Shown in pieces: positions 1 through 11,319 of a stretch of 64,000 nt of DNA (its first letter is position 1; the number at the start of each line of letters is the position of its first letter). Source of the DNA: Klebsormidium nitens (Eukaryota; Plantae; Klebsormidiophyceae); the NCBI GenBank assembly GCA_000708835.1, contig DF237045.1, positions 124,001 to 188,000 on the forward strand, in the 5' to 3' direction. The translations under genes and the position numbers were made by a program. The notes under the pieces are model-generated. The model did not search any database, had not been told where the DNA came from, and worked only from the letters and a program-made list of their open reading frames with translations.

Positions 1-99
1 AAAAAGTGCACCTGCAAGTGATGGCAGAATACCAGCAGGTCAGCAAGAAAGACAGCGCAGCTTGAAAGAACCTCAAATGCGTGTCCTTTCATTCTCCAG

Positions 100-1888
100 C
101 GCCCCCTATTGGAATCCAAGAGAAGAAGGGCAGAGGCAGGCCTCCTACTACTGGAGCCGGTGCCGCAGGTGCGCACTCATGTGAATCATGCCCTTTCAAT
201 CAGTATTAGTCCGCTGCTAAACTGCTTCTTCACATCTGCTGTTCCGGAGCAGCCCTGGCGGTACTATGCATGCATCTTCGATGTTGTGAGGAGAATTGAG
301 CTTGGAAGTGAAGAATTGCCTGAAACTGAGCGTCATCCGCTTCCTGTGTTGCAGGGAATGTGCCAGGGATCACGCCACAGGTCATTAGCGTGGTAGCCGG
401 AGAGGTGAGTTTTACTCCTTTGTCATGTACCGGTCGTTGAGGCCAAAATTGCTTTCTTCTGTTGTTACTGTATATTAGTAATTCCACGGATGTTGGCAAT
501 CCCTTTCCTTGTTCTATGTTGTGAGCTTTAGTGTTGTGCTTCTTCGCTTGAAAGCACTGGGCGCAAATGTTCAACCCCACTGTCCTTCTCATGGTTTTTT
601 TGCTGCTCCAGGATGTAAACGCAAAGGTTTTGAGCTTCCCGATGCCAACCACGCGAGCGATGGTCATTTTGTCTGCTAGTGGGACCCTATCAGCTATGCA
701 TATGAAGCAGTCCAATGCAGCGGGTGGCGTTCTGGCACTGGAGGTGAGTCCTGAAGGGCGCAGACGGCCTGCAATTTTGGAGATTGCTTGCAATTCATCA
801 CTAGGACATCGCAATGAGGTTTGAGGTACTCTTGACCTGGGACTGGAAGTCAGCATTCTTATTTGCGGCATTGAGCCTGCATCTGTCAATTCTCCTCCCA
901 CCCCTTGAGAAAGTCCCTCCAACAATCTATCAAGGTGACGTGCTCATCTTCCTTTCCAAATTTCCCAATCCTGCACCATGGCATCTCTTCCTCCACCATA
1001 GCCTCAGCAGGTCGTACTCATCAATCGAAGATAGTGTTGACAAATTCCTTCGGCTCCCTCACTCCAGATTCTCCTATGTGCAGGGAAGCTTCGACATCCT
1101 TTCCCTGTCAGGGAGCTTCCTCTCTACCGACGGAGGCCGGCAAAGATTGGGCAGCCTGAGCATCTGCGTGTCTGCACCGGACGGCCGCGTGATCGGTGGC
1201 GTAGTCGCGGGAACTCTGAAAGCGGTGACCCCGGTCCAGGTATGCAAAGCTTCTGATCAGGCGGTACGCGCATTCACAGCCAGGGTGTCTATCTTTTTTC
1301 GCGAGATTACAATCTGGTTAACCGAATGTGGACCATGAAAACCAGGGATCCCTGACTTAGGGAGCATGCCAGGCTACTTGATTGGTGTGCAAGCAGCGAT
1401 CTTTGTGCGCCAAGCTTTTCAACGTTTCTTGGTGATCTGGCGCTTTGCAAGCACCAACTTCTGCCCTCTCAAATCCTGGAGACTGCAATCTTTGAAAAGG
1501 CTGGCTTTGCTGACCTTTGAAAGGTGTCCTCCCCGCGTAAGGGCACTGTAGTCTTGTTAGGATCTGGTCGAATTTGGTACGCTGAGTTATAGACGGGTCA
1601 GCCACATGGGTTCCAATTGGGTTCCAAACGAAACACGTGAGCATGGAGTTCGAGTAGTCTGGTAATCTGTTAGTTGTCCCCACAATGGAAACCTGATGTC
1701 GTTTGTAGGTTCTGGTCGGCACCTTCCCCGCAACTGGAGCCAAAGTTAGGAAGCCTCGGGCTCCAAAGCAACCGAAGCCGGCAGCGGCGGGAGCTCCCAC
1801 CGGACTAATGGCCGCTGCAATGTCTCCAGTCCACGCTCAAATCCCCAACCATGGAACAGGCGGGACTGGTATCGAGCTCAACTCATGA
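100..1888 (+). CDS. AHL: AT-hook motif nuclear-localized (AHL) protein, AT-hook + PPC/DUF296 domain; 5' end lies upstream of the window
   Basis: Exons 100-168, 355-404, 612-743, 1084-1239, 1709-1888, all GT-AG and phase-consistent. Translation gives the AT-hook KKGRGRPP, then GITPQVISVVAGEDVNAKVLSF...AMVILSASGTLS...GSFDILSLSGSFL...GRVIGGVVAGTLKAVTPVQVLVGTF (PPC domain). Stop TGA at 1886-1888. Confidence 0.9.
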
Positions 1889-2841
1889 TTTGTTCATTTC
1901 TGTGGCAACTTACAGTTCTTTGACAAGCTTTAGCCTTGACAGATGCTCATTGAAGATATGCACAATAGGAACCAATGATAGTGTGACTACTGAGCTGGTT
2001 CATGTAGGGCTGTGAACATGCAAACAGACTGAGGTCCATGGTTTTTGAGTTCCAACAACCTAGACCTGCTTCAAAGCCGATTGTACATGGAAAGGGTGGC
2101 GTGCAAAGCCTCTTTGCTTGATTTGGTAGGTATTAGGTAGTCGAGTCAATACTTTGTGGAGCTCGGTGCTTTCGGAGTTCAGGTTCATATATTGGTATTA
2201 ATGACCAGCCTCAGGTGTAGCTGTCATATTATGATGCAAGCTTGTCGGTGTCCCTTCTTCAATGCTGCATGATTTGTTCCACCTCTGCAGATTCCAGTGT
2301 TCTATCCGCAGCCAGCGGGGTACTAATGATAATACTATTCAGAAGGAATGCTCTTCGGATGATGCAAGAAGCAGCATTACCCAGTGCATGTCTGTGCACA
2401 TGATGAACCGTTTGTTTGTGATGGTAAAAGGATGCAAAGTCCCTTGGATCTCGCTACAGCATATATCCAGACACGTCATGATGGGAGGAACTATTGACCA
2501 ATTCTACAACCAGACCCTTGCAGACTTGGCAAGGTTGGTGTTTGAAGGGATTCAAATAATGACCGATACACGCTTCAGGCGGGCAGTTATCACATCTAAG
2601 GCCGCGCCGTAGTACATCAATTCAAAGAGTCCCCTGATATGTTCGTACATCGAAAGCAGACATTGCGATCGGCCTGACAAGTTGGTCTCAACATAGACTT
2701 TTCTGATATGAAGGATTAGTGCAGATTAGACTCCTGTCACACTTTCAGTCAAATGGAGGGGATTTTATCATGGATGGCAACTGAAAAAAATCCACCAGAG
2801 TAATTCTTTAGCCCCTGATTCGCAATCAAGCTCCGATGAGC

Positions 2842-3807
2842 TCAGTCAAACCCTGAGTACACCCCACTGTTGCGTAGCGCCCTTTTCTCTTCCTCAACAT
2901 AGTTTTTACCTCTACTTGCCTGCCCAAGGTCTCGTTTCCGCTTCTCCTTTTGGGCAACTGAAAGCTCTCGCCGCTCAGCCGCTGCGTCTTGCCGTTGCTT
3001 CTTGGCCATGGCGTTAAAAGCAAGAGCTTGTGCGGCAGCCTACAGAGACACTTCTGCTGCTGATAGACTGTCCGTCGACAGGTGGTGCATTTTCAGCTTT
3101 TCAGAGCACAGTCGAAGATGTAGTACTTAGCCAAGATGTAGTTGTCATGGATCCAGATGTGAAAGAAAAGTCAGAGGGGCAATAGGGGCACGTTGCCATT
3201 TGGCAATCAGAGGGGCATCGGGGCAGGTGGCCATCTGACCGGATCGGAGTCGCCACAGAGTTCGCTGATGCTGCTTTTGGCATTGGGAAACATGTTCTGA
3301 CCCAGTCATAACAGGTCGTTTTTCAACAAAACTACAGGGATTTTCGCGCACGCATCTATTAGGGCAAGGCAATTCTGGAACAGCTAAATGATGTGAATAT
3401 TGAACTTCAAAAGCTGACGAAAGATATGAAGCACCTGCAGAGATCTCACGCACCTCGTTCGTGCTTTGATTGGCCGCCGCACCAGTTTGCGCGCGAGCTT
3501 CCCTGTCCTCGGCGTCGCTCTCTGCTTTCCTTTTCTCCCCTTTCGACCAAGAGTAATCAGCAGGGCCAGCCCCAGACTTCGTGTGGGGTACGAATAGAAT
3601 GCTTGGGCCACCTTTGAAACCGTTCCGCTCGAGGTCTTCGTAATTAATGCTCTCCTTGGAGCCAGTTGCCGGAGCCGCATCAACAGCAGCTGTTGCAGCA
3701 GACGCTGCGTCTCTGCCGGTGGTTGTGGTTTCCAACGGCTCATCGTCAGAATCGTCTTCAGAGAAAACAGCGGCCAGTGGATCCATGTATCCACCAGGTT
3801 TCGCCAT
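2842..3807 (-). CDS. Small conserved hypothetical protein (~183 aa), acidic N-terminus and basic C-terminus
   Basis: ATG at 3807 (MAKPGG). Exons 3454-3807 and 2842-3039 join in phase 0 via GT-AG. The second exon, missed by the ORF track, reads AAAQALAFNAMAKKQRQDAAAERRELSVAQKEKRKRDLGQASRGKNYVEEEKRALRNSGVYSGFD*. No function assignable. Confidence 0.75.
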
Positions 3808-4458
3808 CGCACTGAACACACACAAAACTCTAGCTTCTAGGACATGCCAACCAGAGTGGCCTGCACAAACCGCTCAAAGCTTCTCTCTCGAGACCGTTCA
3901 CCGTAGCCTAGGCTGCTGCTTGCAAAATAAGTGGCACGAACTGAGGATGAAGAGGGATGAACGTTCAAGTTCAAAGACCTGTTCAATTTAATTTTCAAAA
4001 GCTTTCTTCTAGAAGACCGCGAAGACGAGCTTTCAAACAAGATCTGCGCGGAAAGTCAAACCCCCTGCCCGGTAGGTCGTGCCAGCCACTTGCGGTACAT
4101 ACTGTTCGCTCCGGTCCCTCTTTTGGAAGTTTGTTGCAGAAGTAGGTTTTGTAATCTGCGGGGCAACGGATCGGTACGTACCCGTTATTGGACGTGCGAG
4201 GCAGCTCCCTCGGACATGCCAGTGGGAGCTGTTTCGAAACTTCTCTCGCGCCAAAGTGACTGCTCTGAGTCTCAGATTTGCTTCGCAAGAAAGCCGTTCC
4301 TGCATCATGGCGGCTCTGGACGAAGGTTAGCTGTGGGGCGCCTTGCTGGTTTCACGATTAGGTAGATCTGGACTACCGTATTTGGTTGGTCTCCTTGCGG
4401 CACTCTTCGAATTCTGTAGGAGGCCGCATGTATCTGCAGGGATTGTACCCCCCCTAGG

Positions 4459-7400
4459 ATGTTGGGGGTGCGGGCGGGCCCCAGCTATGGGGCGCCGCAG
4501 AAGGGGTCTGTGCGACTGACAATCTTCGTGTCGGCGCTGGCGGCTGCAGCATGGATCTGGTTGCTTCTGTTCAGCCAGCCCCGATGCTGGGAGACTTCCA
4601 AGGATCGGTTGCTGGGGCCGCCATCCGTCAGCATACCGAGCTCCGATCCTTCGTTTGTGTTAGAATCCCAACTTGCGGTGCTCTCCCCCAGTAACCATGC
4701 CTTAGTCGGTCGGTCGCGGTCCACGAGCAGCACGGGAAGGGTAATGGAGTCGGAGGGGAGCACACTGAGGAACATCGTGTTTGGGATTGGGGCCTCTGCG
4801 GAGTTGTGGCAACAGAGGAAGGAGTATGTGAAGCTCTGGTGGAGGCCGGGGGAGCTGAGGGGCTATGTCTGGTTAGACGAGCCAGTAGAGATGTCAGCAG
4901 AGGATGTGGGGCAGCTCCCCGAGTTGAGGGTCTCGGAGGACATCTCGAGGTTTCGGTACACGAATCCCAAGGGCCATCCCTCGGCGATCCGCCTCTCGAG
5001 GATAGTGTCGGAGACAGTGCGGATGCAGCCGCAGGGTGTAGACTGGTTTGTCATGGGAGACGATGACACCATCTTCTCCCCGGATAATCTAGTGAAGGTG
5101 CTGTCCAAGTACGATCACACCAAGATGGTGTATGTCGGCTCCAGCTCAGAGTCGCACAAGCAGAATGTTGACTTTTCGTATCAGATGGCTTTTGGTGGGG
5201 GAGGGTTTGCGCTGAGCTATCCATTGGCTCGAGCGCTGGAACGCATGCAGGACAAGTGTCTGGAGAGGCATCCGGAGCTCTTTGGGAGCGATGATCGGAT
5301 GCAGGCGTGTGTGGCCGAGCTGGGAGTGCCCCTCTTCAAGGAGGCTGGCTTCCATCAGGTGAGCAGTTCTTTTTCCTCTTTCTCTGCTCTCACTCTTTCT
5401 ATGTGCCTTTGCGTAAACTGCACCTGCGCTCGTGTCGATGACATCTGTATATTTCTTTATTGGTTTTCATGTGCTATTCTTGCTGGATTGATGTCGTCTT
5501 CTCAGATTGCTCTTTTGAGGCACCCCATATGCCTTACAGCTGCACAAATGCGTCCAGCTGCACGAGTTTATCCAGAGTGCTTCTGTCCAAGACAAGTCTG
5601 CTGCTCAATACAGTCACGCGCAAGTTTTCTGCCACGATAACATGCTCTGCTCAATTGGGAGATCACCCAAGCAATCCAGATAGCTGTTCGGCAGGGTAGA
5701 CCAAGTCCTGTGCGAATTGCTCTTTATTGTTTGCCAGCTGTTATGTACCAGTTTTACAATTGCTGGCAAGCCTAGATCTGCATTGCCAAGTTGTCTCCTG
5801 GCATGAGTGTCTACAATTTTAGCAAGCTTCGGAAGGGCAACCCTGATTCCCTTCAACACAAGCACTCTGGAAGTTCCTCTTTTCTCTGGTGATGTCAGTT
5901 GCAACCGCAGGTTGTGCTAGAGCAGAAAAGGGAACAGTTCGTCTGCTTGCAGAGCGTCCATGAGCCAGTGTTGGTAATGGTGCCTTTCAATGCAATCAGC
6001 AATCTGTGGGAATCTGTGGCCAAGATCTCTGTTCATGGTTTACATCCTGCCCTTGGTTGCTAATCCTATATTTAGCTGTTACAAACTGCTCAGGTGAAGG
6101 GGGAATGCGTCTTTATGTACCATAGGGACCGTCAGAGATTTTGACCATTGTTGTTGTGGCGCATGCTGTCATCCTTCTGAGTTTGTCAGATTCCCACATT
6201 GCACAACTTGCATCACAAATTGTGCAAATCTGCATCGCACTGCTTGCATCACAGATTGTGCAAACCTGCATCAGAGATTGACCTTGGAAAGAGTTGGCCT
6301 GCATGACCTGCAATTTGTACTTTTGCCTGAGGAATTGACCTACCAAACATTGCGATGATTTGTGTGCATGTGGACTCCTCTCTCTTGTCGATGGTTTTAG
6401 CTTTGCATTGTCATGCTGCTTCAGGACTTTAGATTTTCTGTTGCATTCTGGATACGACTGGGGTGCAGTCGTTCCTTTCCAAGATTGTTGTGCCATTCAA
6501 TGTTTGTGGTACGAACAGCATTAGGCTGATAGGATTCTTGATTGTTTGCATTCATGATGACTGCTCGGATGCAGATGAGCTTGTGCCCTTCATGTTCAGA
6601 AGATACCTCTTATGGTGATTTGAATCTGTGTTGGCTGCATCGAGAGCCCGCTTGTCCTTCCAAATCATGAGGTTTCGTTTCATGTGGATTCAGCATCTGT
6701 CCATAAGTGGTACAGCCCTCTTGAATCCCCAAGAGGGTATTACAAACTCTGCAGCCTATCTCCGCACTGGGTATCAGTCTTCATGTCCTTGTTATCCTTC
6801 ACGCATGGAACTGCTTATCTCTTTGTTAACAGAATCAAGCATGACTGCCTCTACCTTTGGCACAGTGTTTTCTGCTCTATGCATTCGACAAGCTTTTCAT
6901 TAACATTGTACAGTAAGGAGGGGTTCTATGGCGGGCTTATTGAACTGTGAACAATGTGGCGACCTTAACTTTGCTGGAGGCAGGTTTTTTGTGGCATTCT
7001 GCATTTGTACGCTGGCCTCAAAATCGCTTGGTTTTCTGTTACGACTAACAGATTCGTGTCAGTCTTCCGTCATTCCTTCGCCGCGTTCGGTCTTCTATCT
7101 ATATCCAATCACAATATCTCCTGCTATTGCTCCCTTCAACCTCTGCTTGTTTGGCTGGGACTATTTGTCAAAAATCCAAGATAATGTATCTTCCCCTGGG
7201 GGGCCAAGCAATATTCAAAGATTGGTTCTATTCCTCCTGCCCCGTCAATCAGACACACAACATCCTTGCACGTTCGGTCGCCTGTAGGTTTCCAACCTTT
7301 TACCCCCACTCATGGTTTCTGAAAATGGTACAACCACTTGTTTGCTCCCTAAGAAATGCGTCTTGGCATTTGCTGACTGTAAGCCTGCGTACTGCTCTCC

Positions 7401-10251
7401 TGATCCCTTTTTTCCTCGCCACCGATTTCCCTGCAATGAAGCCATCTACATTCTGGCATTATGTTTGCACAAACTGAACCTTGCGGCCTCCCCCCCTACT
7501 CCAGTTCGACATATACGGGAACGCGTTTGGGCTGCTCTCTGCGCATCCTCTGGTGCCATTCATCTCGCTGCACCACGTGGATCTCATTGAGCCGGTGTTC
7601 CCTGGGAGGAACACGCGCGACGCTCTCGCGCACCTTAACAAGGCGATGCGCGCCGAACCCGCTGCGTTTTTGCAGCAGTCGTTCTGCGTGGATGCCAAGC
7701 GCCGGTGAGTCGGACGGAGTCTCTCTCGGCGAGCAAAACAGTGGTCCGCGGTTTCAGAACAGTCCTTCCGACCAGTCTAAGAGCGGTTGTTGCCTCGTCA
7801 CAAGTGTTTGAGACCCATAACCTGGCAAAAATGTGACTGGTCAAGAAGACCATGCGCTTCCTCACATGTGTCCACAGTGTTGCTTCCACCAACGACAAAG
7901 GCAGCTTCTCTTGCAGCCTTGCGTACTATCTTGTGTGCCCCGCCGTTTGGCAAGAGGCTTGGCAATGTTCTGCAGCCGCGTCGGAAAGTTTCTTCTGATG
8001 ACGTTTTCATTGCACCCGCATGGTTTCTCTTGGATATATATGAGTACAGCCCGAGCATCATCTGTTAGCGACTGATTAAAGCCCGGGGCTTTCTTTATAG
8101 GTGGACCGTTTCGGTGGCATGGGGCTACTCAGTGCAGTGGTTCCCGGGCGTGATGCGCGCGAGGGATTTGGAGAGGCCAGAGGTAAGCAGTCTGCTTTGT
8201 CGACCATATTTGTCATCTCGAATCACCCTTGATCACCTTATAACGCAAGGGCTTGGTGGAATCAGAACGGTGTAGCAATTCAAGAATCACTCTGTTGCGA
8301 AACCCCCAAGTTCGGACTGATGCACTGGTCAGGAATGCGGTGGACTGCTACTTTGTTGTTCGGTTTCAGTGCAAGGTCAGGTTCAAAGGCACTTAAGATT
8401 GAACACACGCCCACCTGTTGCCAATTTCACTGTCTCCTCACCACCTCACTCTGCAGCGGTTTTGCCTCTTGACGGTTGTATCTCGGTCAGGCTTGGCTTG
8501 CGAGAGAGCATTCAGCATTCTGACGCAGTACTTCTTCATTTGAGTCGTTGACTTCTAATTTACCGAGAATCATCGTGACAAGCTTGCTAGTTCAGCTTCG
8601 CAACATGCGAGCGGTTTCGGAACAGTTGGATAAACTGCAATTCCTCAATCAGTATTTATAAGTCACATACTACAACACCGAAGATAACCCGTTCTCAGGT
8701 TGCCTACCACTCCTTGCTCTGCGGACTCTCTGCACTACTCGTTTGATCGTCTCTGAAACCATCTGGGTTCGGGCCTTAACCCAGAAAGGTTATTTCCCCT
8801 AGGGTCACGTACGAGTCCCGGCACCTCAAGGCGGACCCTCTGCACTACTCGTTTGATTGACTCCGAAACCAGTCGGATTGGACATTAACTGAAAAAGGTT
8901 TACTTTCCCTCAGGTCACGTACCAGTCCTGGCACCGCAAGGCGGACCCTCTGCACTACTCGTTCAACACGCGGCCCGCGATCCGCTCGCCCTGCCAGCGG
9001 CCCACCGTCTTCTACATGGACGACATCGGGTATGCGCAGAACAGCGACGCGCCGGTCAGCGTCTACGCGCGGGATACGGCGAACGACAAGCGCAAGAAGG
9101 AGGCCTACTGCAAGAGCTCGATCGTGCCGCCGGAAGGGGTGACGAGCGTGCGCGTCGTGCGGGACCCGACGGAGGATGACTGGTTCCAGGTGAGGGGGAG
9201 CTGCTTGTTTTTTTTTTACCGGAAGGGTTATTTTGGATTTGAAGGCGTTTGTTGTGGTGTCTCGAGGGGAGTGTCGTGGTTTTCTGCCGCTCACTTGTGC
9301 TCAGTTGTATGGTTTTGGTAGGGACCTACGGACTGAGGTTGGGTCTGCGTGTCCCGTCTCTTTTGCTTGGATCTTTCTTGAAGCGACGACCGTCCACTTT
9401 GTCTTAAGTTCTTGGGGGTGAAGGGAGTTTGCTGACTGATTTTCTCTGGCACCGAAGAGCGGCATCGCGCCTTTTCCCTGCTTTTGCTGGTTGGTGAACA
9501 TTGGGTGGTATACTTGGTGGGGAATTATACGCGGACGTCATCTGGTTTCAGTTTGGGAAGTTCCTTTCTAGAAAGGGTCAGGCGGGTTGCGGCGCCTTTC
9601 TTTTCCTTTCTTTGCGGGCTGTGGTCCAGGTGCTTGTTACGTTTGAATAGGTCGGTGTTTTTCTTTGCCTTTTCCCATCTCAAGGTCACAGCAACTGGTA
9701 TCCTGCTGGGGGTGGGGTGCTTATACAATCTTGTGGGCAGGGAAGAACAGGGCCTCTGGCGGCTGCTATCTTCCGATGCCAAGCTGCACACATTGACTCT
9801 TTGGAAGTAGTCCGGCATAAAGCAGTGCTCCCCTTTTCCTTCGCAAGGACCTTGATGTGTAGCATTTCAAACACAGGGTGATGGCGTCGAGCAAGGTTAG
9901 GTGGATGCTTCACTACTTGGCCTTTGAAAAATGTTCGGTTATTTTTTTTACCCTCAATTCTGGTGGTGAAGGTTTTTGGCTACAGCACGATCGTCGTCCA
10001 GAATATCGAGAAGAAGTTTCGTGGTACAAGGTGAGAAGAATCTATTTGAAAGCTTGGTCAAGAAAAGGGGAACTCTGTGAAAACTTAGTAGAGGGAGAAT
10101 TTTCCTTTCTTAAATCGCCGGAGCTGACTTGTTTCGTCTGTCCGTCCTGCAGACACCGCGGCGGCAGTGCTGCAAGTCGGTGACCATTCAGGAGGGGACA
10201 CAGGCGTTGATCCGCCTGGGGGCTTGTGATGACGGGGAAGTGATTGCCTAA
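4459..10251 (+). CDS. DUF604 / Fringe-like (GT31-related) glycosyltransferase, type II membrane protein, ~518 aa
   Basis: Exons 4459-5358, 7505-7704, 8101-8182, 8914-9189, 10153-10251 (1557 nt, in phase). N-terminal TM anchor, NIVFGIGAS, WFVMGDDDT (DxD motif), MAFGGGGFALSYPLA, SDDRMQACVAELGVP, SLHH, WTVSVAWGYSVQ, FNTRP...PC, C-terminal RRQCC...GACDDGEVIA*. Confidence 0.9.
8690..8970 (+). repeat. Three tandem ~110-bp units, each an intron 3' end + AG + start of DUF604 exon 4; only the last is the functional acceptor
   Basis: gcggac(c/t)ctctgcactactcgtt recurs at ~8722, 8831 and 8941, each preceded by a pyrimidine tract + AG (8699, 8802, 8913). Confidence 0.85.
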
Positions 10252-11319
10252 GGACCAGAGAGCTGTGGCTATCATTGTTGGTCAGAAATGACCAATATAT
10301 AACGTGTGCACTTATCAAGGGTTTGGAGATGTAAGTTGGTCGTAGCCAGGACTCCAAAGACAGAAGTCCGTGCAAATAAGAGTAATTGAAAGGATTGCAC
10401 CAATATAGTATGTATACAAGCAACCTGTACTGTTGATATCCATGTCAACTGAAACTCGAGTTCACTATCTGTACTGCCAAGCTGGCTTTTACTGAGGAGG
10501 ACGCGAAAATGGCCCTGGCGACCTACCAGCCAGAAGTCGTTCTTTTCCTGTGCCTTCTCATTCCGGGCTCTCTTCTTGTGTCATGAGGCGTGACAAGGGC
10601 TCTTCGTATTATCGATGTGTGTAAACCTAAATTCCTCAATATATGTCACAGAACTTAAGTGAGAGCGTGCTCATGGCTGGCAACTGCTACGATCTCGAAG
10701 GTTACCATACCATCCTTTGCATGATGCACGGCGCCGCGCAGCTGCGGCAGATCTCTGATCGACCCCGGATATCACACATGCATATGCACTCGTGTATGTT
10801 AACCGTCAGTATATTGTTCATGCAGATTGTCGGACCGCGTGACATAATGCTTCACTTATGCTAATTCTTGAACGTACCTCGATATCATGTCACCAGCATA
10901 TAGTCAATTTCATGTTGTTGTCGAGTTTGCATAATGTTTCACTGCCGGTCCAAGTCAGCATTGCATGCGGGCGGCGGCCCCATAGAGCCGGACACAAGAC
11001 GCTGGGCATTAGTATGGCCTGGATGCGGTCGGAGCCTTGCTACAGCATGAGCGCAACACGAGACATTTTGGGTTTTACTTCGATTCACTATAGCGTTATT
11101 TTTATATATTAACTTCAAAGTACTGCTCCCTCTTACTTCCGCCGTCCTAATCGAGCTGTCACTGCAGACACGCTGTGAGTATGTTGATCTCTTGCGATCA
11201 GTGGGCGCTTGATCTGTGCGCGACTATTTACCAGCGGCGGACGTCCGGATATGCACAAGTCGGTCCGCACTGTGCGCTGTGTTCCTCAACCGTTGCTTCT
11301 TGTCAAATCGGACAGTGTC

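Noticed and set aside
230-925. 231-aa minus-strand ORF over the AHL gene
   Set aside because: Spans AHL exons and introns on the opposite strand; no independent coding signal.
6205-6270. Short intronic tandem duplications (also ~3170-3240, ~47465-47510, ~60423-60480)
   Set aside because: Real but ordinary 20-40-bp slippage repeats not linked to exon boundaries.
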